DNA from: Entomortierella parvispora E1425
Lineage: Eukaryota > Fungi > Mortierellomycota
NCBI GenBank assembly: GCA_020891255.1
Contig: BQFW01000005.1
Location: 496,001 to 560,000, forward strand
DNA: 64,000 bases
Direction: 5' to 3'
Positions 14,907 to 26,800 of the stretch are shown here, piece by piece. Below the pieces are notes generated by a model, which saw nothing but the letters and a program-made list of their open reading frames with translations, was not told the DNA's origin and searched no databases. The first letter of the stretch is position 1. Every line of letters starts with the position of its first letter. The position numbers and the translations under genes were made by a program.

Positions 14907-16273
14907 ATGGCATCGAATTACATACCCACGTCCGAGCAAGGACTCACCGCACTAGTTTGTCTAGCTTTTCATTTCTCATGCTTCTTTATCGCGAAGACTT
15001 TTATCCCCTTCTTCGGCAAGGATCGTCGCAACCTCTCTTGGGTCTTAACCCTGGTCAATGCCATCGTTATCTCCATCGGGGGGTTTTACGCCCTGACACT
15101 GCACACCCGCACGATAGTCTCAAGTCAGATTCCGTATGAAAGCTACAGCTCTTCTCCGGGCTCTGGATTCTACCGGTACGATATTGCCTACACCCCAACG
15201 AATCTGCAAAAATTACCGATTGCAGGTGCGCTGGAGGGTTTGGACTACGTGACCTTGGATCCATCGCTGATGGAGCTCCATTCCGAGGCCCAGGACCAGG
15301 TTTCGCTGACCAGGGCCAGAGCTGCGTTTTACAGGGAGTATGACCGCGCCCGATCAGCAATGCCATGGTACCACCGTGTCATCTTTTTCGACACCCGATT
15401 TCAGCCCGCAGATAGTCCCACGGGCCAATTCCTAGTGACCTTCTTGGCAATGTACCTCATCACGGATCTTTTGTGCGGCATTCGATACTACAAGGAGAAG
15501 ATCTCGTTTTTGGCAGGATGGGTTCATCACATCAATTACATTGCCATCTCCTACTACGCCTGTGTAGTTGGGAAAGAAAGCCATAGTATCGCCTGCGTGC
15601 TTGTGATTGAGGGTATTATAAATATTTTGGGAGCTGTAGAAGGAATGCATTCGCGCTTTTTTTTTTCCACTGACGGAGAGCTTCTTTTTTTTTCTCAAAT
15701 CCTCAAGTCCCAACTGTGGTCATTGGTCTTGGATTCCTCAACAAGCGACTCAGAAACGACATGCTCTTTGGGGCGACCTATATGATCTTGCGAATCTTGT
15801 TCGACTTCGCGCTCATGCATGACTATATCTTTGGCCGACCCTCTATGGGCTTGTCTAGCAAGATGATTGGCTGCTACAAGTCCCTCTTGCACGTAAAGTT
15901 CTTTTATGACTGGGTCCAACAGCAGATCAGGCTTCGCAAGAGAATACCCACCATTCCCGGCCACTGCTCAGCTAAGGACGCGAAGAAGCCTTTGAAAAAT
16001 GAAACCGCGTTGCCTCAGAGTGCTACGGACCAAGAGAAAGGGTCGTTGCCTGTTTCACTACGGGCTAGAGTCGAGAACTCCAAGGAGCCCATGGAGGGAT
16101 CAAATATTGAGGTGGACTCGCCTTGCGTCCAAGCGATTCTCTCCACAGAAGCATTTGTAACAGCGACAATACCACGGCGTCGCGTAGACAAGCAGCACAG
16201 AAGATCTGGCAGTGCTGCTTTGGCTCGAGATGCAGAGAATCACAGCGCTTGGAGCCCAATCGCCGTCCGTTAG
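14907..16273 (+). CDS. TLC-domain membrane protein, copy 2 (intron 15613-15707)
   Basis: Colinear paralog of 12531-13917 with the same intron position and phase; YLITDLLCG, GWVHHINY, IE|VPTVVIGLG. Confidence 0.75.
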
Positions 16274-18412
16274 GACATGAATGGTGGATCGACTTAGTTG
16301 GTGCTAACTGAACGTGAAGATTAAAATATGTCCCAAAGCCTTGTCATTTGTGGCCAAGAGGACATACTGTTCAATTCGAGAGAGTGCAGGGACACCTACA
16401 TGTGGAAGGCATCCGCTGTTCGCTCCCCTCCCCCCTTTTTTGGAATCGTACAAATTGTGGAAACAGACTCAAGAACACGAGTCCGCGGGGGCTCTTGCAC
16501 TCGTACCATGTGCACTGATGCTCAGGCCGTGAATTGTCTGGCAAAGATATGTCAGCACCTGAAAGCCAGTGACAAGATCGGCACTCTGCCGACCAAAGGG
16601 GACAGAGAAATTCGCCCTGGTTGTGTCCCGAGCCTTTCTGTGCAGGATCAAAATGATACAGCAGTGGTTTTGACATTGATCCCTGGGCTTCTGCCGCCGC
16701 TTGCTGTTGTTGCTTTGCATAGATATCCTAATTTCAACCATCAACTCACCTCTTATCCCTCCTTCTGTCTTCATCCTTACTCTCACAGCTTCCCAAATGA
16801 CCTTGATGACACTGGATACAACTCCTACTTTCGAACAAGGCATGGTGTAATGTTGAAAGCAGCTCTTCCAGAAAAGGTCGGGAAAAAATTGGATCTGGTA
16901 TCAATGCCTTTGGGAGAGTGATGGCAAGGTTGTACACTCCGCTACTTTCATCCGTATGGTTCAAGAGTGTACATCGGCCCTGATCCGAAGCTCCAGACCG
17001 TGCCCGTTTTACTGTACGACTGTCTGTTTATCCTTGCCTCGCTGCTCTCCGTGGGGAAGAGTAGTGGCTCAAACCTCTAAGAAATCAAGGCCCTTTGTGT
17101 CTACTTTTCGGGATAGGGCCAATCCATGGGGCATGGAGCATGGGGCATGTGTCAGCAGGGATGTTTGTCAAGCTTGCTTTAGGAGAAGCACACACTTTAG
17201 GATCTGACGCTGCGTGAATTTGTTTGGGTCAAACAGAAATGACCTTGTGGCTGTAGCAGACCATCGTCGGAAATACTTGACCTTGAAGTGACGACAAATT
17301 GATGGCGTGAGAAATCGCTATAATTCCCTTGGACGATCCGCGTGTCTTCATCTAATCCACTTTCTTCTATACCGTTGCTCTTTTCGGATGGGCTCTCACG
17401 GAGCAAGACGAGATTCTTAGTTCTTTTTTCGCGTCTGACTTTGGAAGGAAAGATGTTTTTCCCCAATGCTTTGGATTGAGGGAAGATGGGGAGCATGCGA
17501 TACGAGGGAGGGCGAGAGTTGTCATGCGGGTTTATCAGCTTTTTGGTCCAATCGGATATAGGTCTTGGGTCCATTTGAAGTGTTTGTTCGGAAGGGCTCT
17601 GCTGAAGGAAAAAAACCGAAAACTTGCTCGGTGTCTACCAATGTCGTGTGTAATAGCCGGCCATGGGTCGCGCCAGACATTCTACTCCTCCGCAATGAGG
17701 TTTTGTGTCTCTTTCCTCTTTTTTTTTTTTTTTTTTTTTTTTCATCTTGTTGTGCCTAGACGTTTTTTCGTTTTTGATCTTCCGTACTTCGCCCGTCATC
17801 CATGTAACGTAGCACCGTGGAAGCCTCTCTAAAACTGCTCTCTTTTCAGTAGTCCTCAGTAGGTCCATTTGTCGAGCGCAACCAAATCGATCACCAAACG
17901 GATCTGGGTAGATGGGGGCGAAATAAAAGTTTTAATGTAGATTGACAGATCGTCGTCTCTTCACAGAAACCATATATGTCCTCTCAACTTGTGCGGGCCT
18001 TGCAATAAACCTGTAGTGTAGCTTGAAGTAAAAAGTCGAAAGTTATGACGCGTTTTCTAAACATGAGCCATGGTGATGAGACCCAGTCTAATGAAAACCA
18101 AAGCGTTTGATGATGTCTTTTATGTCCTCCACTGTGGGCGCTATACTCTTCGATCCACTAGAATTTTTGCTTCCATGCCGGATGCACGGGCACATCTTGT
18201 GAACGATGGACTTTCTGCTGGTTTTACAAATCTACGCTATGTGGGATGGTGCTCAAATTTCATGCTCTAGTCAGCTTTTCACTGCAGAATCTATTGTCGT
18301 TGACGAACCCAAAGGAGAGCTATGCGCATCCAATATATCGATCCTGAGCGAGATGAAAACTAGTGGCCAGGCACAAGCGCGAGAAGATGTCTCCTCTCAG
18401 CCCTCAAAATCT

Positions 18413-18420
18413 TATAAGTA
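18413..18420 (+). promoter_or_regulatory. TATA-like box of peptide gene 1
   Basis: TATAAGTA 101 nt upstream of the ATG at 18514, followed by a pyrimidine/CA-rich leader. Confidence 0.4.
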
Positions 18421-18513
18421 GTGCTTCCTCCTCCCTGTGAACTCTTCATTCGACTCAACCCATCACCAATCACTTCAACCAACCTCCCTCCACCACTTCA
18501 ACTAATTCTCAAC

Positions 18514-18654
18514 ATGCGTTTCTCCGTCGTTGCAGTCATTATTGCCGCCGTTACTGGTCTTGCCTTGGTCCAGGGCGCCCCCGTTGTTGACGCTGAAGCT
18601 TTGGGAGGCAACAACTGCGAGTGCGGTTGCTTCGGTGCCCCCAAGATCTGCTAA
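18514..18654 (+). CDS. 46-aa secreted Cys-rich prepropeptide, copy 1
   Basis: MRFSVVAVIIAAVTGLALVQG-APVVDAEA-LGGNNCECGCFGAPKIC*. Signal-peptide-like N-terminus; a paralog lies 1.4 kb downstream with the same length and stop position. Confidence 0.85.
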   Translation: MRFSVVAVIIAAVTGLALVQGAPVVDAEALGGNNCECGCFGAPKIC

Positions 18655-19802
18655 ATGCGATCTCACGATATCCCCTCGATAGGTCCTCTTTTGTCTCCTT
18701 CGTTCTCACAAGATATCAATACCTACCCTCAAGAACAACGATCGAATGTGGTCCTGGAAAACACCTTGTGCAGTCCCTCATGCAGCTACTCCGTCGCTAT
18801 CTTTGAGAATATAAGTTACAAACAAAAAAAAAATCTGCTCAAATATTCAGTAATGACCACCGCCTGCTCGCGAATGACGTTGTAAAACGAGGCACTGTGC
18901 AGTTTGGACAATGCTCCACAGCCCACCAAACAGCTTACCAAGAAATTTGTGGGGAGGGGTGTTTTTGTGGTTCTCACCTTCATCCGTCATATACCTGTGC
19001 TCTGTTGACAGTGGATGGAGCGATCGAAGGGAAGAGAGTTCAATCTCTTGGACCGAGAATGGCCTTCAGATCAAGGCAGGATATAAATCGTATTTGATCA
19101 TTACAGCCTTGTCAACGGTCAGTTAATGCCTCATTTGAATTGAACCTCGTGGATGGATGGATGAAACGAAGGGAGAAAACAAACAAATTGGTCACAGTGC
19201 TACTGACATTTTTCCCGCAGTACTAAAGGCGCAAAATGAGAAGAGGAGCCCAGTATCCTTTGCTGATGGGTTGCATCTGCCTCGGTATCATTGATACAGA
19301 CAGGTTTGCGTGGCCTTTTCACAGGGGAAGACGGTGGGAACCCCAATGGGAAAGGTGCGTCTTGATTCGCAAACACGCTTTGTACCACCATGTGAAATGA
19401 TGCTGAAGAGCTGTCCGAAATTGGCGCAGACGCTTGTCCTTTCGAAAGAAAAAAAAACAAAAACACGTTGACAAAACAAAACGGGATAGATCTTTGCTCT
19501 GGTGCCCGAGGGTTGCTTCAGTCTTTTTTGGCGCAATCAATCCTGAGCATATTCCCTTTTTTGGCGCCCACCATTGGCGTACATCCATCCGCCTTGCTCA
19601 TTCTTTTTGTTCTCTCTAGACAGCCTGATCCTCCAAGGTCAGAACCTGGCCTGTTGACATTACACAGGAGGGAGGAGAGAAGCCAATAGTATCCAGTGGG
19701 CTGGGGCAGACTTGTGTTGCCACTAGACGCCCTAGGTTGCACGTTAAACTGCGGATACGCTCCATCCTGACTTGTCGTGTTTACGAGGCCGCTTCATTTT
19801 CA

Positions 19803-19810
19803 TATAAAAA
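19803..19810 (+). promoter_or_regulatory. TATA box of peptide gene 2
   Basis: TATAAAAA 103 nt upstream of the ATG at 19906, nearly the same spacing as copy 1. Confidence 0.5.
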
Positions 19811-19905
19811 CCAGGAGTTCCACACCTTTGGCCACTCGTCCTTCAAGCTAAGTCCTTCCTATCCCCTCCACTCCTCCAAACCAACCCCACCCTCAACCTT
19901 CAAAA

Positions 19906-20046
19906 ATGCGTTTGTCTGCCGTCGCTCTCCTCATCTCCACTGTCGCCTTCTTGGGTTTGGTCCATGGTGCCCCTGTCGTAGCCGAGGGAGAAGCTATCAT
20001 CAACCCCTGCGAGTGTGGTTGCTTCGGCCAGCCCAAGGTCTGCTAA
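19906..20046 (+). CDS. 46-aa secreted Cys-rich prepropeptide, copy 2 (below the ORF-track size cutoff)
   Basis: Hand translation: MRLSAVALLISTVAFLGLVHG-APVVAEGEA-IINPCECGCFGQPKVC*. A-rich start context (CAAAAATG). 26/46 identical to copy 1 ungapped, with synonymous changes in the Cys core. Confidence 0.85.
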   Translation: MRLSAVALLISTVAFLGLVHGAPVVAEGEAIINPCECGCFGQPKVC

Positions 20047-20705
20047 GCGAATCCCCAAGGCCCCAAAAGGAACCTATTGAGAAAAATGTGCCTCGCTTTC
20101 TTTTCTCTCTCTCTCTCTCTCTCCCCTCCCCTTTTCACTGAAAAAGTACCGGGTGAAAATAAAAGGCATGAGGAATGCAGTTCAAAAGCATGCTTTTTTT
20201 TTTTTTTTTGTTTTTAACCCTTCTCTTGCTCACACAGAAAGTGTGGAGCTGAGACCAGTGGGTGATTTTCTCTCGCAAGACACAAAGACTGGTGGGAATG
20301 AGGTTAATAGAGTGGCTTTTGCCACAGGAAAAAATGAACTAGGCAGACCCTACCTCACATATTCGTAGAATGAGGGATTCCAATTTGAACTTGGGACCCT
20401 GCGCGCGCATGCACGTGAGGGCGCGACTCTGCGGTCTGACCCCCAGACAACTGCTGAGGTGATCCTTGCGCTGCTGGAAAGGATACTGTCAAATCAGCGG
20501 GATGCATGATGGTCGGTGGGACAAAGCTTCCCCTCTCTCTCTCACGATCGTCCACAAATGCTCGCAGTTCCCACGAGTGTGGTGCAAGCGCCAACAAGGT
20601 CTCGTGTCGTCCGTTTCATGAAGTGGATGCATTCAATTTATTTGGGCGAGACACTTTGAACATGGTATACCAAAAATACAGATAGAGACAGACTATAGAT
20701 GACAG

Positions 20706-21706
20706 CTAATAAATGTACTGTTGCACCTTGATCCAGTAGTTCCGAATGACCTGGTCATCAAACGCGTCCAGGACGCCCTCTTGAAAGTCGTTCGGCGAAC
20801 AAGCATTGAACCAGACAAAGCTCGACGCCAAAACAAAGTCTGCCCAGCCAGCTAGAAGATGGGTAAGATAAATACCAAAAAAAAGGGCAGGCCTTTCTGT
20901 TAAGTTCGGCATGATAAAAACGCGAGAGCAGTGTCGTTCTGGCTTTACAAACAAAACTGGGTCTACCACTTACGATGGCTTCCCAGGATCCAACCACCTG
21001 GCAGGAGGGCTCTGTGGATCAATCCCAAATTGTCCTTGAGCTCCTTCAAGTTCTCTTCGCGATCGCCTGCGATCTCCGCGTGGGGTCGACCTGAGCTCTT
21101 TTCGCGGGAGGTCCGGAAGTAGTGCGCGTTGTCTTCGTCTTGCATCTCGTACATATCATGGAAAACCATGCGTTGAATGGCAGGGTGCACCTTTGTCTGC
21201 ACGTACGACTCAAAGAAGCGCTGAAGATTCTTCTCGGAAGGAGAGCCAAAGAGCGAGGGGCGATCGGGGTATTTCTCTTCCAGGTACTCTGCAATGGCGA
21301 AACTGTCCGCTAATCCGGAACCGTCCTCTAATTGAAGGGTTGGCACCGTTGGTGCAGGAACATTGGGGCTAAGTAGTAACGGTGTTAATGAAAGCCCAGG
21401 TACAGTTAGACTTTATTCGGTCATAAGGAAGCGAGGAATGAACGCGGTGCTCTCCTGAGTGTGGTTGTTTGTTCTTGGAGGAGGTGGAAACAGTAGCAAA
21501 TTACTTTTCTGTCTTTTAGTACAGCATCTTGTTTCTTACCACGCTTTTGGGATCTGAATGGGAATCTCGAGGAAGGTGAGTGGGATCGAGTCATAGGTGA
21601 CATTCTTGTAGTTTAGTGCAAATTTGGCTCTCCAGACAGCGGGAGAGAACGAGATGCAACGTGTCTTGCCGTCAACAAGTTCAAAGAGCTTCAAGGTGAT
21701 GGTCAT
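20706..21706 (-). CDS. Glutathione S-transferase (GST_N_3; LigE/UstS-like subfamily), three exons
   Basis: MTITLKLFELVDGKTRCISFSPAVWRAKFALNYKNV...|PTVPTLQLEDGSGLADSFAIAEYLEEKYPDRPSLF...|WADFVLASSF. The SP.vWR, VPTL and DSFAIAEYLE motifs are present. Confidence 0.85.
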
Positions 21707-22645
21707 GGTGGGAAAGTAAAAGGTGTAGAGGGGAGCTGAGGAAACAAACGAAAGGACAAGAAAGAAAAAGAAAACCCGAGTGTCTTTTTGAGATTGTCCC
21801 CTCCTTTTGTTCGTTGCGCAGGGGTGGGAATCGGAAGAAAGAGAAATGGCGGGCTAACGTGCGCGAGCACAAATGGACGAGAAACGAGAGCTTTCAAGGA
21901 GGAGGAGGGGGGGTGAAGGGGAGAGTGCGTTCATGCAAAAAACGAAAAGGCATCCCTGTGCACCAAATCTCAACGCCTGTGGCCACGTTCCTCGGAAGAA
22001 TGCTCTCCATCTGCATGACCAGACGAGAATAGAAAAGAACAAACGAAGAGCGTTTCTTTGCCACCAAAACAGAAAAGCGCGCGCTGCACACGCGAGAGCG
22101 ACCACCATCCGATCCCCCTTCTCCGTCTCGCGCAAGTAGAGGAGAAAGAAAGAAGAGAGCAAGGGAACAAGGGAAGCCATAAGCACCCACGGCAACCACG
22201 GTCATTCCCCGCAGGGTTTCATAACGGCCGCGCAGACAAGAAGCGTGGCAGTCGGCCCCCTCATCGTCCTCCTGTTCTTTTCCCGCCGGGCGTGAGTGTA
22301 TGCCTCCTTCTTCTTCTCTGTCTGCCCCGTGCAATCAATCTTTCATACCTCCCAAAGTCGCCTCCCACCCAGCCAGCCCGCCTGCGAGCCACACAAGGAC
22401 ACAGACAATTCATTTTTAAACAATGTTGCTCCGTCTCCGTGTTCTCCTTTTGTCTGTCCAAAGGTGTCCCTCGTCTGCCCCCTTGGAGCCACAGTCGTAG
22501 CAGCAGCTGTTTGTTGCTGTCTTTTCTGTGTCATCCATCCATCCATCCTTGTCATGGCTGCCATCCCAGCTTGTCCACAAGCAATCCAATCTTGGGTCGA
22601 TGGTCTGTCCGCGTTTGCTTGCTGTCTGTCCGCGTTTCTTGCGGT

Positions 22646-22717
22646 CTCTGTCTGTCTGTCTGTCTGTGTGTGTCTGTGTCTGTGTCTGTGTCTGTCTGTG
22701 TCCGTCTGTCTGTATCT
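22646..22717. repeat. (CTGT)n/(GTCTGT)n microsatellite
   Basis: Direct reading of tandem TCTG/TCTGTG units. Confidence 0.85.
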
Positions 22718-23863
22718 AACCAACAAGGCGAGCGAGTGGCGAGATGGTTGATTTCACATGTGTATTGTGCGAATCAGAGTCAAAAAAAGACAAAAAAGAC
22801 AGAAAGAGACACGCACCCATTCCAACATGAGACAATCTGCGTTTGAGAAATGGGAAAAAAAAAACTGTTTTTGCTTGGCTTCATGGCATGACCATTGCAT
22901 GTCCCCATTATTGTCCATCCTCTCCTTCATCCATCCTCTCGTCTCTCCCTTTTCCATCACCCCCTCCCAGTTCGGCGACTCTCAAACAGAAGCCACCCTT
23001 TTCTACGTGCCCCCCTTTCTCTTTCTCTCTCTCTTGACTCCAACTCCACTCCACTCCACCCCACTCCACTCCAGACGACCTCTCCCCTCCTCTGACCCCG
23101 CTAGAAAAAGACCCTGCACCCTCTCTCTCTCTCTCTTCTCTCTCTTCCCATCCTTTGCACAGCTGAAGGTGGACACCTTTGTTACCTTTGTCGTCGCATC
23201 TTTTCTATCCAGTCCAGTCCAGGGTACATGCTCGCCCGCACGGCCAATATTCCTCCGTGCGTTTAGTCTTTTGTGATCGCCCTGTGCTACAGTTCCTTCC
23301 TTCGTTGAGTTCCTCTTCCCCCCTGCTCTCAACAACATCAACAACCTCCTTTCACTGCCACTTCCATCGTCCACACACTCTCCATTGTCATCGAGTCGCG
23401 TCTGTCGTCTAGCAGCAACAGAACTGCGGCACACAGTGTTGGATGACCTGTTGATGTCCAACCATGGCCCAAGACGCCATAGTCGACCAGGCCGAGACTC
23501 GAACACCATCATCACCACCACCGTCATCACCACCACCACCAGCAAAGACACAAGCTCTGATCCTTTGTAAGTCGAAAAGGAAGCCACACCGCACGAGGAG
23601 CTTGATGATTGTATCTGATCCAAGGGAGCCCTTCAACTGACCTGGTTTTCTGCTCTCGCTTACTCTTTTGCACTCTTGCACTCTCCTTCATACTTGCTCT
23701 CGCTTGCTTTTTTCTTTCTTTATCGTGCTGGTTCGGGAACATATCTGCTTCCTGGGAAACCAGAATATCTTTGCAGGGCTCACCCATTGACAGAGCAACA
23801 CACGGGAGCGCAGCAGCATCCATATTTTCAGCCGTCGATTCTGCGCGGCCACATCTAGGGACA

Positions 23864-26800
23864 ATGTCGCATGGCGATCCTATTCGAGGACGACCGGCGG
23901 GACCAGAATCTAGGAAAGGCACATGGTCCACCTCCCCCACCTCTCCCCCACATGCGTCTCCTTCAGCCGTCCCCACGAGCAAAGGCAGACGAAGAAGAAG
24001 AAAAAAAGGCCACGCGACTCCCAAACAACTCTCCATCTCCACCTCGTCTTTGGTGACCCCATCGAACATCCTCTCCTCAACGCATCCCAGTAGCGATATA
24101 CCACCCATCACGCCGACTGGCGATCTGGATCATCATCATGACCTCTTTGAACGGCGCTTTCACGCCACCGTGACAGATAATCTCAGCGACAGCGATTGTC
24201 AGTCTACGATCTCTCAGACTTCTGCGCCGTATTCTTCCTCTACGAGCACCGCACCTATTCGTCGAGGAAGAGTCTTTCGAAAAGCGTCGCGCGACCAGCT
24301 CTCCATGCCCATTACCATGTCTCCGCTAGACTCGACGAGCTCACTCTCTCGCACACATACACCGGCCTCCTCTTGTTACTCTTCCTTGGCCCCTTCCCGA
24401 TCTGGATCTCCATTACCAAAGCCCGACATCCAAATGCCTAGCTTACCGTCAGTATTAGAGGATGGGATCAACGGGATCAAGAATCAGAAGAGCGTATCTG
24501 CTCATTCCAAACCACCACAGCACGCGCCTTTACCACCTACTGGACATGCGCTCTCTACAAAGTCTGCGGCCTCCACGAACATGTCAACCTCAACGCCGAG
24601 CCAGCGGAAACGGAACAGGAGGAGAAAGAAGCGGCTGAGCAAAGGGAGCGGCGCCGAGGGAGAGGACGAAGCAGAAATGATCCGAAAACCCCTGAACTTG
24701 CTTGTGATGGCAGGAATGGACATGCCAGAGCAAACTGGAAACTACAGGAGAGGCATGGACGATGCACTCTACTCGTCGTATGACTCGTCCTGTGCGCCAT
24801 CGCCACCAAAGAGTGCCAACAGTATCCAGAGTAATCATGCAAGTCGACCTCAGAGTGGAGGCTTTGCAGGAAGAAGGGGGATGGGGATCGTTGCAGAGAT
24901 GCCACCCCAGATGATCCTCGCTGCAAACTCCAGCAACGAGCACGGGAAGATCTCGACACCGTCAGTAGAAGCAACCACGGCAGACGACGTGGACCGAGAT
25001 ATGCATCCACGCACTAGCACCCGTAGCAACAAGCCACCGCGTCACTCTTCACGATCCAAAAAGACAGTTGGCGCTGCAGATCCCTCTTTCAAGGACACCT
25101 CCAACGCCACTCGACCAGCACTGCCTCCTGCCGTATCATTTACAGGAACGATCGACACGACGTTGGGATCCCCTGCAGTAGGTGCCGGCCTCCTTATATC
25201 TCCACCGCCATCAGCGACGCTGGGGTCGATGCAGACGCAACTGACTACATCCACATCCAAGCGGCCGTCGCTCGGCCATGCCGGGTCCATCTTGTCGTCA
25301 ACACCGTCAGCCTCAACAGCCTCTTCACCAACCCCACTTTCGCACACGCCCACTCCAGAGGTGTCGCCAGTCCTTGGTCCATCTGCGTCAGAATCAAAGA
25401 GCGGTCGTGAGTCAACATTACGGAAAATAGACCTTGCGGTCGAGACAAAAGAACCCTCGTTGTACTCAACACCGTTCCCTTCCACGAAAGGCTATGTGCA
25501 GTCAACTGGTTCGAACATTCCTCCACCCAAGCCTGTGCGAGCAGAGATCAAGTCCACTAGGCTGAGATCCCCTCCTCGAGCAGCGAAGGTCGCAGCGCAG
25601 TCTGTCTATTCGCGAATCCCTTCACCTCCACCACCACCTCCATTTGTGAGGGCTGAGGCAAAACCAAGTGTTGGATCGAGTATCCCCCTACCTCCACCGC
25701 CACCTCCGTTTGTGAGAGCTGAAGCAAAACCAAAAGATGTGTCGAATATTTCCCTGGCTCCTCCAGCACCCCCGTTTGTAAGAGCCGGAGCAAAGATTGC
25801 CGGTGGGTCCAGCATCCCCCTTCCACCGCCACCGCCTCCATTTGTAAAAGCCGAAGCAAAACCGAGTGGTGGCTCAACCATCCCCCCGCCTCCACCACCG
25901 CCTCCATTTGTGAAAGCTCTGACAAAGCCTGGTGGTGGTTCTACTATCCCCCCGCCTCCACCACCACCGCCATCCACTCACATGTTGAACAGGAAAGGGT
26001 CATCCGACACAGCGACGGCTCTTCAAATATCCACAGCCGGCTATGCAGAAGGAACTGCAGCTTCTGTTCCACTAACACCCACTCGCAGCATCGTTGCAAA
26101 GCACGTCTTACGCTGGGATGCTCTTTCCCATGGCGATATCACGCACACAGTCTTTGACATTGATCATCATCACTCTCATCGTCGTGGCCACCGCCACCGC
26201 CATCACCACCGCCTTAGTTCAGAAGACGCTTCAGGATCCGCTTCACTCCAGTCACCTGTTGAATCACCCAGTGTGGATGCAGTCTTTGAGAATAACTTGG
26301 AGTCAAGACTTGAAGGTCCATTGGAGCATACACACGCTTCGGTCAGGGAAGGGGTTACCTATGCAGAAGCTGTGTCAAAGGAGGTACTTGAGGGGGCATC
26401 TTTGCAGGAAGAAACTGCTGGACACGACGAGGCACTACCTGAGGACGAACCAGGACCAAAAGAAGGTCCTTTGCCCACTGCAGGTTCAGCCCTATCGGGA
26501 CCGCAGGAAGAATCAGGACCATCGGCAGCACCGTTCACAATCGAAATGGACGTGCAAAGGTTTGAAGGTATGTTTTGCAATTATTCTTGATATTATGATA
26601 TATTATATCCTTCTGTGAATAGCCTAACTCAGAAGTCATTTTTGCATTTACAGAGCTGTTCTGTATCGATCCTGCAGAGGAGCAGAGGAGACAGAAGGCC
26701 AAGGAGGCGAGTTTGCAGGCAAAGTAAGTTGTCCAACGTGTTCCAACACTGACAGCCCGGCCTAAAAAGCTAAACTAATATGACTGGTAATCGCTAGGAT

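Noticed and set aside
21681-23623. Cluster of 60-260-aa ORFs upstream of the GST and formin
   Set aside because: They derive from CT/GA-rich and microsatellite DNA of a divergent promoter region; low complexity.
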